Shown here piece by piece: positions 38,401-53,400 of a DNA stretch of 64,000 bases. The position numbers and the translations under genes are program-made. Below the pieces are notes generated by a model. That model saw nothing but the letters and a program-made list of their open reading frames with translations, made no database searches and was not told the DNA's origin. Numbering within the stretch: the stretch's first letter is position 1; each line of letters opens with the position of its first letter. Source of the DNA: Lama glama. Lineage: Eukaryota. Location: assembly GCA_028534125.1 (NCBI GenBank), contig CM052817.1:14696001-14760000 (forward strand). Direction: 5' to 3'.

Positions 38401-41400
38401 AATTATATGACCCCTGGGGATACTACTTTTACAGGTAGGTGGTCCCTCTTCCGGATTCACGCTGCACTCGGCACATGGCTCTGTCATGACGGATCTCTGC
38501 AGCATCACCATGTAATTCACTGCCTGTTCCACTAACTAGAGTAGGGGAATTTCTCAGGACAGCTAATCTCATTTCTTTTTGGACCTCCTAAGTTAATAAC
38601 AGTTCCTGGCACTAGTATTTGATAAAAGTATCCCATTACTTATGAAATTAATGAAAATCTGTGTAGTATTTTTTTAAGGTTCTATTGAAGCAAATGATTG
38701 ACTTTAGAATTTGTGTTTAACTGCTGTGCTTAGAACAGTGTTGTAACACAGCAGATAGCTATGAGTATCTGTTGAAAGTATTTTGGAAGTTTGAATATTG
38801 ACACCTTGAATATTACTTTCAAATTGAAGACGCCAGGAAAATATTCAGTAGAACTATTCCACCTAAAAAAACCACATAAAAAGGTCCCTATTATTCTCGT
38901 AAATATAACCTGATAGGAAAACAAAGTTTATTAGAAATTCTTCCACTAATACAGTAAATTTCTATTAAGTATATAAATTTCTCCTAAGTATATAAGGATG
39001 CATGCAAAACAGGAAAGACATCAATAGATTGATTAAGCAGAAGGTCAAATATTTCCTGATGAAATATTACATACTGGACATTTATAAAAACTTAAGTATT
39101 TTTAAAATTCATAAAATAATGTTGTTGTGAACACAAAATAACTTAAAAATAAAGCATAATTCTCAGGGAAAGTATCACTTATAACAAACTGAATTCATTT
39201 TTTAAAAAAGCAGTCAAACTATACTTTCTAAAAGAGAGCTGAAAAGGAAATGACAACTATTAATTTCTACGAGTTCAAAATTTTCTCTACACAAATTTAA
39301 ACTTGTAAAACCATCCCAACAACAAATAAAAACACTCGGGTTTATGGACAGATTGCTGAGAGATAAGAGGTATGTGTTCAAGGCTGTTACATACTCATGA
39401 CTTCTAAACTATCCTCCAAAGTCTGATAAAGAAAATTACTAAATAATAATCACAGGTCTCCTACGGTGGCCTAGGGGTGCTGGAAAAGCCAACCTCACCT
39501 GTATCAATAATTTAATTTTTATAGTAAAAATGTAACATATGCATATTTCATCTCTTTAAAAGTGCTGATCATTCATTAGAGAAAGGTTATGAATCTAACA
39601 ACAACAAAAAATCACCGAGGAACATATTTGTTTCATTCATTGTGTCTATACTTTCTGCCACTTGGCCTGAAGGCAAGAACACAAAGATTATAATTTCACT
39701 TAACCATGTATTTATTTTTAAATGTATGGATTACAGCAACAGAAATAGGTATAGACATATGAATCATAGTTAATAAATTAGAAAAGTCTCTCTTAAAACC
39801 CTTCGGGAAATACTTGTTTCTGGTGTCTCGTATGTATTACTGAAGATCGTATGTCACCCACGGGGGTAAGGAACGCGGGGTCTGAAACCAGGAATCAGGA
39901 TTTGGGTTCCCGCGTCACCATGGAGTAGCTGCTTCACCCTGTGTGACTTGTCTACCCTCTGAGTCCATCCGTCACGTGTAGCTAATGATCTTCCTAACAA
40001 ATGGTCTGAAGACCAAATGGGATCAAGACTAAGACAAGCACAATAAGGCTATGGAACTGTGGGTGGCGTTTTTATTACTGTTTCAGGGAGACCCCAGGTT
40101 ACTGCGCTTCACAGATAACTGCTTTTTTAGGTTTTGGTTTTAACAAACTGAAGGTTTGTGGCAACTCTACATGGCTAGCACTTTTTAGCAATCAAGTGTG
40201 TTTTATTTAAGGAGTGCACATTGTTTTTAGGCACAATGCTATCTTACAGTTACTAGATTACAGTGTAGTGTAAATGTGACTTCTAGATGCACTGGGAAAC
40301 CAAAAACTCAGTGACTCACTTTATTACAGCACTTGCTGTATTGTGGTTACGTGGAGCCGAATCCGCAGCATCTCCGAGGTCGGCCTGCATCGCCGCGGTG
40401 CGGCAGGTGGTTACCTGGAGGCTGGGCAGAGAGGAAACTGCCTAAACTGACTGACTGACCAGGCTTCATCTAGAACTTCATCATGTTTTGACTTCTACAG
40501 TTCAGCTTTAGTTTTAACCTCAATTCTAAATACTGACAAATTATAAACATGTGAAATTAGTGCCATCATGGAATTCACAAATTGATTTGCTAAATTCATA
40601 TATATATTTCTGTATTTACTTGACATAAAACTAAGGAGAAAATGGTTAAGTACCATAAGGGATGTTAAAATCCAGTGGAAATACTTGAGTTAACACCATT
40701 TCTTATGAAACAATCTGGACTTCTGAAATTACATAATTAATACTTTAAAATTTTCTGAAATCCTAATTTGAAGTCTACAGAATTCAAACACTAAAATCAG
40801 AACCTGTCACTAAATCACTAAAAGAGCCACCTAATTTAAAACAGTAATTTTTTTCATGCTTTCTTAGCTATCTACTCGCTTGATTTTTAAACAGACTGAT
40901 GTTATACATCCCAATTATTTTCTTGTGTATAATTAATTATTAACTACATACCATCTCTTGATTATCTCGCTGCTGAACTTAACAGGGATTATGTTTACTT
41001 TCAGAATTTTTTTTAACTTGCTTTGCTAATTAAGTTTGGCTTATTCAACAGCGTTTATCGGATGTTTCACTGCTCTATGCATGGCACTGTGTAGAATCTG
41101 GAAATACACAATGAAATAAGACATGGTCCCTGCCCTCAAACATTCAAAATCTAATAGGGGAGAGACAACAATAGCAAAACAACAATAATAAGAGATAAAA
41201 TGTATTAAGTGCTTCCTCTGTACCAGACACTGTTGTAAATGTCTACGTACATGTCACATTAAACCCTCTCAATAACCCTTTGAGTTTAATACCATTTCAT
41301 GACTCCTGTATAATGCAAAGGACTGACACATTCCGAGAGGTTAAGGAACTAGCCCAAGTTTGCACAGCTTTTAAGTTGGGGAGCAAAACATGAACACATT

Positions 41401-44400
41401 CTTAGTAACCATAGCCTCTGGCCTCTTAACTATAGCTCAACTCACCAGCATATCAGCTTCTAATTATTCTGCAAAATGAACAAAGCCCTATGGGACTAAT
41501 AGGCAATGATGAATTCTGTCTGAGGAAGAGAAGGAAGCTGTCATCTGAATGCAGTCTTAGAAGAGAGGAGCAGGGATCTCACCAAGCACAGGTGAGGCTG
41601 AGGGCACAGAAAAGGGCAGAAGTGAAGGCAGGAAGCGTAAAGACACACACAGCTGACTTGGAAAATAAAAGGACTTCCACTGGGCAAAGCCCTAGATGGG
41701 ATGAGAGAAATGCGGGATGTACAGAGGAAACTGGATTTCAAATTCCAGTCAAGAAAATTTTAAAGAACCAATTCTCTCTGGCCACATTAACAGCTGAATT
41801 CAGAACACCAAGAGTTTCTAAAAGCTCTCAGTAGTTAATGGAAAATAGATAATATTTTGTGATGCTATCAAATCTGAATTACAGTACCAAGAGTGGAAGG
41901 AAGCATTTGGTTAAGAAAAAAAATTAGATTAGGTGCTGTAAGAGTCAGATGACGGATGATCCAATCCCAACTGGCCAGGCACTGGAACTCACCGGTGACT
42001 CAAGCACCAGCTCTGACCTCAGGCAACCCTCAGCCCAGCGCAGGGGTTCTAAGACAACCCTCTGGCTCCTGTGTGTAACACTCAAGGACAGGCAGATGAG
42101 CAGAGTGTTACGGGAAAGTGAGGGAGAGAACTGATGATGAGGATGGGAGAGGCAAGGACTGACCGACCGGTGGTATCAGGTAAGACTCCTGGAGGTGACC
42201 TTTCTGCTGGGTGTTATTATCAAACTAAGGAGCTGGGGAGTGGAGGGGAGGAGCAGGGATTCCAGGAGAATTAGCATGAGCCTGGCCTAAGAAGGCCAGT
42301 GGTCGGAAGAGACACCAAGGGAAGTTTTGTTACTAGAGGGCGGCAGTGGGGAGAGGGCAGGTAAACGGTAAACACCACATGATGAAGGTCACTGACAGCC
42401 AGCCTCCAGAGAGACACCAAGCATCTACCACCAGATGGGCAAGGTCAGTGTCCACGTTGGGTAGATCCGGGGATAACGTTCACAATCTGAACAGCCTCCC
42501 CAGAGGAAAGGCTCCGGCAGGTCCTCCGCTCTGCAGGTACCAGCCTTTCTTCTGCTGAAGGGTGGAGAGCTGGGGGATGATCCTAGGAGAAGGCCCAGGA
42601 GGTCAGCTGAGGAGGCACTCAGGGGACAGGGGCAGCAACTATCCACTAAGCGCTAAGGAAGCACTTCAGTATTTTACTAACTGGCATAGTTGCACTGCTG
42701 CGTGTTGGCTGAATACGAGCCCTGGGCAAACCAATCCATATGGGAAAGGATGGATTTTTAAGAAGAGCCTGGAGACAGAGAGACTATATATAGGAGCTCA
42801 CAAAGGTTTGGGTAATAAAAATGGAGGTCCAATCCGGCTGTGACAGTCATAAAGACAGGACAACCGAGACTGAAGAAATTGTGCAGAAAGCAGCTCAGGT
42901 AAGGCTCCTACTGCTGAGAACTGCCTTTTTAGCGGTTTAACTTCATATGCTAGCACATTCTCCCACCCAAGGGTAATGCAATCAATTATGAGACGTTCAA
43001 GATGCCCAATTGGTATATTCAAGGCATTTTTTTAAAAGTAGAGGCAAAAAGGGTAAAAATTGCCGCAGTTTAAAATCTAAAACGTAAAGAAAGTTTTCTG
43101 TTAAAATGCTAATGCATCTTGCACTGACAACATCAAAAATTTTAACTACTTCTGTGCCACAAAGGAGATGTTCCTTTTACCCTAGGTTTTAAGCATGACC
43201 ATCGATGAAGCATGAATAATGGTGTGATGTGTTCTTGGTTTCTGGCCACGAGATGACCTTAAAATGATAGAACAGTATGAAACTGACAAATCTGGGAGTG
43301 CTCCTTTAAAGCTTCCTACTTTATTTAGCAGGTAGAAACTCTCCTTACCCTGAGGGGGTAGGTTGTGAAATTGATGAAATGTTGGGTTTCATCATTTTTA
43401 ATCCCTTTCTACCAACTATGATCATCGAAGACAGAAGGGTTCATCAATTTTAAGTGACCCTCAAAGACACGCACCTCTCTCTCTCGTGGGCTTGTGTGTG
43501 ATGCCGTTTCGATGCCTTCTGTGGTATGATTTTACCAATAAAAAACTTGCTGAGGAAAGGAGCAGGCATTAAGGAGTAGCATTGCTAAGTGCATCAAATA
43601 CTCTCATAGAGCCAAGAGTAACATAAATCTTTCCAGCGTTCCTCTGAATATATGGTATCTAGTAAATATATTATCATTAGACATTTTGACACAGCTGGGA
43701 TTATCTTGGGCAGTGGGGGAAGCTGGACGATTTCTAAATTTGGCAAACTGGTTTGGAGGTCAGTAGAATTAAGTATGGAGGTCACTAGCGTCAAGTATGA
43801 CAAAATATATGAATTTTTCATGTATTCATTCACTCATTCATTACTTACTGAGCGTCCACAGTGTTCCAACACACCTAACACCTGTTTGACTGATTACTAT
43901 GCGGCCATTAAAATGACTGGAATACTGTTGGTGATGTAATTCAGGGACAACCCAGAAACAAAGAAAGCACTGTGAAGTGAAAAACCACGGAGAACACAGT
44001 TACACATGGCCACACAAAGTGAAATGAAAAAATGTGGTTCCATCAGGGTGCTGAAATTGTACTTTTACCATTTGCTTCGATGTAGTTTAATGAAATGCAT
44101 CTAAACCCCAAATTTTAAAAGTGCCTTTCATTTTGCTTGCCGCCACAAAACACAAACTGAGGAACACATATCACATGGTTGCACTTCTGTGCCCCAAATC
44201 TTGATATACAGCTTGCCTGGTTAAATGTCTGGACTGTCCCTTTAGGCCCAGAGCCAAGGGCACAGAAGACTTACAGGAGGTCTACAAAAATGTTTTCATG
44301 TCTTTAAAATCAGCAACATAAAAAATGAACTTTAAAGTCAAAGAACATGTCTTAATATGTAATATTCATTTTTTTTACCACTGCAGTCATAAGATATAAC

Positions 44401-47400
44401 TTTGATGTATTTGTGTGGAGAAAGGGGTCCAGAGCAAAAAATTCCTTAGCCCAGGAAAGTCACGTTGCATCCCTTTCTGGTCTGAATTTCTTTCAAACAA
44501 CAGCAAAGGCAATACCAATACCACCCCCCTAAAAACTTTTCATAAGGTTTATTTCTGCAAAGCAAAATATTTTGAATACAGTCATCCCCCTACACACAGA
44601 GGACTGATTCCAGGACCCCCTTGGATACCAAAATCTGTGGATGTTCAAGTCTCCTACGTAACATGGTGTAGTTTTTGCATAAAACCTAGGCACATGCTCC
44701 TGTACACTCACTTTCAGTCACCTCTAGGTTATTTACAATACCTAATACAAGGTAAATGCTATGTAAACGTTGTAAAGACGATGCAAATCCTATGTAAATA
44801 GTTGCCAGCGTGCAGCAAATTACGTTTTGCTTTTTGGAACTTTCTAGAATTTTTTTTTAACTGAATATCTTTCAGCCATGGTTGGTTGAATCAACAGATG
44901 TGGAACCTGCAAATACAGAGGGCCGAGGCTGTGTTCTAATCTAACTGTAAAGTCTTAAATGATTACAGAATGCAACATACCTTCAACGCCAGGCTTGAAA
45001 AAGTATTTGAAACATTGCACTTAAAGCTCAGTTGTTTATCCAGGTTTCCATCCAGATCCCGCCTCCCATAGTCAGAAAGGCCTGTGCGGTCAGCAGCTGC
45101 CACTTTCTGGAACACCGTACACGTCATCCCAGTGAAGCCAGTAGCCTTGATGACATAAGCTTCCAGAGCAATATTGGGTGAATACTTCAAAAGTCAATCA
45201 AACAGGAGTTATAAAAAGATTTATAATACAGGGAAAAAGCACTTTCAAAGAGTTTCAAACACTAAACACTATACCTAAGCTAGAAGAGAAAGCTCAGGTT
45301 CTTACTGAACAAAGACACTGTGTAGGTAACTAACAGAATAAAAAAAAAAAGATGCTGGAAATAAAAGGACGTCCTAAAATGGAAAGACACCGATGAAGAG
45401 GAAAAGAACAAGTCAGGAAGTACAGAGGATCAGATATAAATGAGAAGTCAATTTAGAAGACTCTGAAGAGTGCTTTGCAGCAAACTTTAAGCTGAACATG
45501 GAAGAATCTTATTTAAAAAAAAAAAACACAGCTAGAGAACTCCATGGAACCCCTCAATGATCATAATAAAGAAGAGGATCGGGGTTGGGAAATACATTGA
45601 AAAGTCACCCTGTTCAATGCTTCACACCATATTCAGTTTTTTCTTTCATGGGACCATCAAGTTAACTCATAGTATTAAGTTTCACTGATAAAATCTTTGT
45701 ATAGAATCACTCCAAAGCTGTTTCCTCTAAAAAGGAAGGGAGGTGTTGGTCCAAATAGTAATAAATGAACAGATTTTAAAAGCAAATTAAGTCAGAAAAG
45801 CTACCTGAAAAAGACAGCACCTGCCCCAACAATTGTTTTAAATGCAAGCGTGAGACTGAACTCAGGGGGTCCACCAGAACTTCCAGCCCGTCGATACAAA
45901 TAGCCAGTGCACCCACATCTAGGGGCTGCTGCGCCCCTCCCATCTTTCAGAACCACAATGGACAGGGCACGGGAGGTGACAGGCTGCCCAGGCTCTTTCA
46001 TATCCAGCAAGAGAATAGGATTTGCTATAAAATCTCAGGACAAGATGGTATCTCCTCTTCCTTAAGGATGATAAATTCTACACCCACTATATAGCAAGGC
46101 ACCATTCTCAGTACCCTATGTGGACAGCGTCCTCTTTTTAAATTTTCTTTAAAGCATAGGACTTTCATGCAAGGTATCTAAAATCTATTAGCAAGATAAA
46201 AAATTTAAAACAGAACAAGGCAGAATTTTCCAAGTACCATATATACAGTAGAAAAGAATTTGTGATCCTCCCAATTTTTAAGACTCAGAAATCTTTACAT
46301 TAACTTTTGCCCAACAGATGACACACTCTGCAAAATCACTAAATGCAATTATACTTAAAAATTATATTTGAAATTTTTTGTTAATCAAAGATATGTAATT
46401 ACTACAAACATGTGACTCTTCAGTTAAGAGAAAGAAAACTGCCCTCCTGAGGTGGCTTTGAAACTGTATCATAAGTGGAGTTTCCCAGAAACTTTTTTAT
46501 ACTTTGAAACAGTGTGTAAATTACCCACGACGCCCTTTAGTATATGCATCCCTGGGTTCTCAGAACAACCAAGGAAGTTCTATGCACTGAGGGATAAGCA
46601 AGGGTGAGGCATGGGATTCAAAAGGGGTCTGAATGACGGGGGAGGCCCAAGTGTGGCGCTTGGGCAAGCTGATTTCAAGGAAGGTCACAGGTCTGAGGGG
46701 CAACTACCTTGAACTATGCTGCCCAGACAGGAGCTGTGCTGGGCCTCCGTTTTTTTATCATTCAGGAAAGTAATCCCAAACTGAACAGAGCAAAAGGAGC
46801 AATAAAACAGTTTTATCAAAAAGGACCCACTGGTCCATGGGAAGACGGTAATCTTGAATTGTATAAAATCACAGGAGGAGGTCTAGAACATTATTAGATG
46901 AACCCACTAAAATAGTTAGAAAGTGAAACTCAGGGGCCAGATCAGAATATGACGGCTATAAGAGAATAAAGCTTTATTAATTTACCACATGTTAAAACAA
47001 AAAAAGCTAGCAATACACCAAGAAATTTAGAACGGTTCAATTTAGCACCAATAAAATACGGTACTATTTAACAGAGTAATTATTAAGTATAAGTAACTCA
47101 TTATGCCAAGAGTGGGATCAACTGGAAAAATGCCAATAGGTTCACAAGGGCTGGGAGAATCCCAGTTCTCTTCTGAAACTGAAACCTGGACAAGCAATCA
47201 AGCACTGTCTCAAAATTTCCTTCGGGGCCGAGAACACAATGGCGGCCAGGGCAGACGGCGGGTGGATGCCAGCAGGGCAGTTCTGCAGTGTTCTCATTTG
47301 TGTTGTAGAAAGTTTCAAAGGAGGAGATGGTGGTAACTGTTCAAATTACAAATTAAGAAAGTATTTTCCAGTTACCAAGCAAACAGACACAAAATTCCTT

Positions 47401-50400
47401 TATAAAATGTCTTGAGGAAATTCTCTAATAATCAGAAGTAAGAAAACACTCACCCCATTGTGGGGAGGAGACCTATCTCTTTTGAGTTAGCATTGCCTTG
47501 ACTGAGTTTTTCCCTTAGAATGGTGGGATAAAGTCACACTTACTGTTGAATACACATGAGCTCCATTAGCGAGTCGGTACGTGGCGATGCGCTGTAGGCA
47601 CTGGACGATCCTACTGCAGGCCCTCGCCTCCCTCTGGGCCAGCCCCAGGACGCGCTCATCAGCCAGCATGATGTTACTTGCGATGTCAACCATCACGTCA
47701 CCAAGCTGGCAGGTGTGCAGGAGACAAAAGGAAGATCTTTAAAGCCAACACAGGCAGCTTTACAACAAAATCCACCAGGATTGGCCTTCAGTCTAAATTT
47801 TCCCATGAAAACCCAATAGGCACTTGACTTGTTTTTCATTAAAACATCTCCAGATACGATCAGCACAGTCAAATTACGACCAGCTGGTAACATTTAGCTC
47901 AAAGCAGTGCACGTAAGTAACCACCAAATTACAGGTGAGAAGACTGGCGTGTAGTACTCAAACCGATGGGGGCATGGAGGGAGGCAATTATATGAATCAG
48001 GGGAACGGAAGAGACATCACGTGATTCCCAGCATAAAAAGATCTCAACTCTGATGGAAAAACACTTACAAACACTTCTTTTTGCCTAAGTCTCACTTAAT
48101 ATTATTATTGAGAAATATGCACTGGCTACCTCTTCGGTACACCATCATGGTCAAATCCCTAGGCACGTCCAAGTACTGGGAGATCCCCGTACGCACTGGG
48201 CCATCACATGTGTCTCTGTACGTACAGTTCCCTCTACCTTGAATGAGCTTCCTCCCATCCTCCCAACTCAACGAATGCTCTAAGACCCGGCACCATGAAA
48301 TAAATGGACCCTAAGAAGTGCTCACTTTCCCCCCTACCTTTTTATTTATCTCATTTACTGAATTCTTTTCAGTAGCTCAGTTCATCACTTACAGATGTAA
48401 ACATCTGTCAGGCAACACTAGTGGAATGTCGATTTGCCACTGCTGATGGGGACCTGTCTGTCCTGTATCAGAGAAGTGCGCCCACAGTCCAGGCTGATGA
48501 GACATGTGGTTGTTGAGAGGGTCTGCTATCGAGCAAGCTGTTCCTGAGAGGGAGAGCCATGGCAGGAAGAACACAAGCACTCCAGAGGCATCTTTTAAGT
48601 CAGAGGATTTACAAGCTGGCTGGTTCTCTAACCAAGAAGTAAGCATCAAAGCCCCAAAGCCCAGCCAGAGAGCCAAGGCTGTTTCAGCAGATGCCTTTTG
48701 ATCATCCCAGAGGATCCAGGCTGAGCTTTTCCACCCAGGGTGTATAATTATGAGGGCTGAGGAGGGTTTGGAAAAAGTTCAGTCCATTGCACCCATGGTT
48801 CTCTTCAGGAAGAAGACAAGCCTGCGGAAATCCACCAAATCCCAGCCCCGGAGCCGTGGAGTGAAGCAACCACAGGATGTGAGGGGAAAACACACAGCTG
48901 CACATCCTGACCACAAGCAGCAGTGGCCATGGACCCTCGCATCTTCCTTTATTTCAAAAATGGGGATGATAACCACCCTGTCTTTTCTGAATGTTTCAAC
49001 AATTGGCTCGCACTAATAACTATAGGGTTCCTGAAACCATGCCTGAACATGGCAGGCACTCAAAGCATAGCTCTTTTCGTTATTTTATTGTTCCCCCCCC
49101 ACTTCTTTTTTTTTTTAAACCATTTCAATCCCAAAATAAGCCCTTCTTTGAGGATGACAGGCTCTAAAAGAAGTGTTAAGAGGAGTACATTTTTAAAGTC
49201 TTTATCTCACATATAAACAGGATCAAGGAATCCAGCAAAACTGCCTCTTCCCCCTCTGTCAAGCCCCACCACCTCATCCAATTAAAATACAGTTAACTGG
49301 CTACATACTGCCCTCACCATCGTGTGTCAAAATTCTGTCCTTATTTTAACTCCAATGTAAACATATGGTGGGCAGGGACAGCACAATATGCTACTTATAC
49401 TCATACCTTTATTCATTAGTGTAACTCCTCCTATAAAAGCCAACAGCTATACAATATCTATTTACTGACTAAATATTTATTGAGAACCAAGGTGAGCCAG
49501 ACACCGTCCCAAGTGAAAAAAACATAAAAGGTCGTATTTGGACTTTGTGTTGAGTAAAGAAAATATGTAACCAATAAGTAAATACTTTTTTCTTTAAAGT
49601 GACTAGGTTGTGATACCTGCAATAAAAAAGTCATATATAACAGATAATAATGGAATTTAATCCAAACACCCTATTTTAATAGACTCACATATTCTCAAGA
49701 GGCATTGCACCCAAACCCAAAACATTAACAAGACCAACTGACAAAGAATTAGGAAGAGCCTATAATCAAACTTCGTAGAATCCTGTGTCTGCTCATTTGA
49801 CACAATTCATGCAAACATCAGCACCCTGGAACACATTCCTAAAAACAAATAGGTAAGGGGGTAAATTTCATTTTAACAGAAGCCCTTAGGTGATAGAAAA
49901 GAACAAATCTGACTCCACATTAGATCTGTTCCTTTGGCTGTAACCTTGTGCTTTGTTTCCCAGGCTTAGTCTTGTTGGTTCTGAACCTTTTGTAAAACAA
50001 TGTTGCCTAGAGCCTGAAATACACAGGACAGCCCGTTCTCAAGGCTCTGACTTTTAAGGGCATTAACATTTTCCCATTCACATAAAGAAAAAAGTTGCAG
50101 AGGAGAAAACAACAGTTGTTTTGTTGGAGGTTTACAGGGACACCGTTACCCGACCCACGTGGACAGCTGCAAGAACAAAGGATTCCGACACCAAGAAGTG
50201 CCCAACAAGCACAGCCCCTCCCCTTTTTAGTAGCATAAAAGGAGCCTGAATCCTAACTGGGGGGCAGATGGTTCTCTAGGACATTAGTCAGCCATCTTCT
50301 CGGTCTGCCGGCTTTCCGAATAAAGTCGCTATTCCTTGCCCCAACACCTTGTCTCCCGATTTACTGGCCTGTGGTGTGGCGAGCAGAACGAGTTCGGACT

Positions 50401-53400
50401 AGGTAGCAGTTACCTCTCAGTTATGGAGGCAGGCAGTGACCCCTGAAGGTGTCAATCAGCCACTTAGACACCAACTAGAATAATGACTGCCACTTCTTAA
50501 CAGGAATCCAGAGCAGCTGGAATCACCTGGTTACATTTTCATCTCTTATTCTTACTGATTGTTATCTCAAGTTTATGTACAAAAATAAACAGGTGAAAGA
50601 GTGATGCAGTAAGACATGTTCTAAGGTATCAGAAAAGAGATGACCACTGGTTGCAAAAAGCTTAAAAGATAAACTACAGGAAGATACTGATTCTACTCTA
50701 AGGCACTACTGAAATATTTATGAAGTGTTTAAAAATGAGCACAGTTACAACTAGTTTCATAATATTTTTTGAAGTTTTACATGTACGGACTTTATGAAGA
50801 CCCAACATGAGACCTGACTGACACATCACCTCTGCTGAAAAACTATGGTTATTTTTTGATAAAAGAATTATTGCTATGGGTCACTAGAGAATGCCAGTTA
50901 TGGAATTTCACATGTTAATAACCGTAAAGAAAAGAAGTGTCTCTAAGAAGGTAGAGAGCTAGCAAGAGTGATTGCCTTAGCTGAGAACAAGCTATTTTTC
51001 TCATTATTTCATTACAAATGGCTAAGAACCAAGGAAAGGGATTTTTGGCCAAAATATTCCCTAGAGCAGGTAATCGTGAAATATTACATGCTTCTGTGGC
51101 CTGGTTACGGAAGTTGTTCTGAATCCTTCACAGTGGCCAAAAAAAAAAAAAAAAAGACACAAAAAGGATAACAGTGCATGAAAAATTACACTGGTTAAAA
51201 ACGTATTCCTGAAATTTGACACACAAATATGGTTTAATAACTGCAACCAGCCTTAGGAAGCACCGTATTTCTCTCTGACTGCACACCCTGAAGGCCAGTC
51301 CAGCCACAGAAGGGTCACAAGGAGTGATGTACCTGCTCCTGCATCAGTCACGCTGAACGCTGAGTGATCAAATGAAAACACATGTGAATGCACTTTATCC
51401 GAGATAAAACAGGAAAGAAACGAAAATACCACGTTAACAACAATGAAACCATTAAATGTCATCTGTTGTAAGAGACAGAATATTTCATGTTCTTTTCAAT
51501 ATTTATGTTTGGAATTCAGGTCAAAATTAGATCAAAATCATCTGTAAATTTCATGAATTTCTGATGTGTCTATGAAATACACAAGATAATACATCAATTA
51601 AACTTGATATTTAATTTTAATGTAATAGGAGTATAATACAACACTGCAGACAGAATACTTATGTGCCCTGGAGTTAAATACACCTGGGATAAGGTTTCTC
51701 CCCTCCCTTACAAGTTAGATGTCCATGGCAAATAATTTTCTCCAAGACTCAGTTTGCCCACTTGTAAAATGAGACCAAGAACTCTATGAGAAAGTGCTCC
51801 AAATATCTCACTTCATGGTAAATTACGGGGCAAAAAAATCAGAAGGCAAATATCTTAAGTAATTCATGCAGTTTTTGAGAAAAGCCAAGAGCTCTAGGCC
51901 CCTCCCCACATTATGTCTTCAAGCACAAATCATCAGAGGGTACCCTTGGCAATTCTAATCACCAGAAAAGCAAAAAACCCAAAAACAAACAAACAAAAAA
52001 ACCCCTGAAAACCTCAGGCTGAGAACTAATTTCAAAGTGACCCCCTTACCCTGGTATTGTCCCTCAGCCCTTAGCAGAAGCACATAAATATCACATTTCT
52101 TGATGACATAATAGACCATGCTCACAAAGACCCTTCATCACCAACATTAACCAACGTTCTTCTGCAGGTCCTCCCCAAAGCAGAACTAAGAAATAAGGAT
52201 ATATTTCACACAGGAACAAACCAACTGTTATTTACTGGTGACATAATTGTCTGTCTGGAAAATCCCACATAACCAACTGCAAAATTATATGAATGAATTC
52301 CATAAGGTAACCAGACTCAAGGTCCACATTTTTTGAAAAAACTATAATCAAAGAAAACTGCATATGGACTAGGTATTTTATGTTATTAAGCACTTAGAGC
52401 TCATTTGGGTGATATAACAGTGTCATGGACCTATTTTAAAGTTCCTCATAATTTAAAAAAATTACAGATGAAATATGACATCTAAAATTTGCTATTCAAT
52501 CAATGTTCCAGCATTGAAAAAGAGAGACAGAAAGACAGACATTCAGAAAGAGAGAGGAGGAGGGAGGGACAGAAGACAAAAGAAATAATAGGACAGGACA
52601 GATGAAACAAGACTGGGAAATACTGAAAACTGCTGAAGGCTGGTGAAAGATGGAACACAGGTATTACTAGTAACATTGCTTCCCCTATGCTTTTGGAATT
52701 TTCCAATTAAAAAAAAATTTTTTTTGAAAAGTTTTTAAAAAGTTAAACCCAAAGAGAACTTTTTTTAAAAAGCAAGATAAGGATAGAAAATGAAGATACT
52801 ACCGTGGTTCTCAAAGCCTGTGCCAAAGACACGATGCCTAGTTATCACCTGGAACTTGGCAGAAATGCAAATTCTCAGACCCCAATACAGACCTACAGAA
52901 TCCGAAACATGGGAGGGCGGGCAATCAATCTAACAAAACTTCCGGGTGACCCTGATGTACACAAGTTTGAGAAAATCATGTTCTAGAAAGGATACAATAA
53001 CCAGAAGCTGAGTATTTAAAAAGCGTAACAATAAGCTGACAAGTAAGATCAAGGAAGAAAAACATTAAGAATACTGAAAATAAAAAATGTAACTGTCAAT
53101 ACAGAAGTCATTATGTTTTAAAACAAGCAAATAAAAGAATTTTACATTAAAAAGAAAAAAAAAAAACACTGTAGATAACAATGTAGTAAACTAGCCTGAA
53201 AGGTGCATGCCTCACTCACACGTTTAAAACCAAAGCACAGTAAGGAGACTGGAACACATAACCAACTCTAATCTTCATATACTTTCTCATCTTCTGAAAT
53301 GGATATATGACTATTGTTTTCGTAAGAGAACTATCACAAACATGGAACAACACTTAAGGTGACTGACCAACAACCTTCAGCTTTTTTTTTTAAAGACCCC

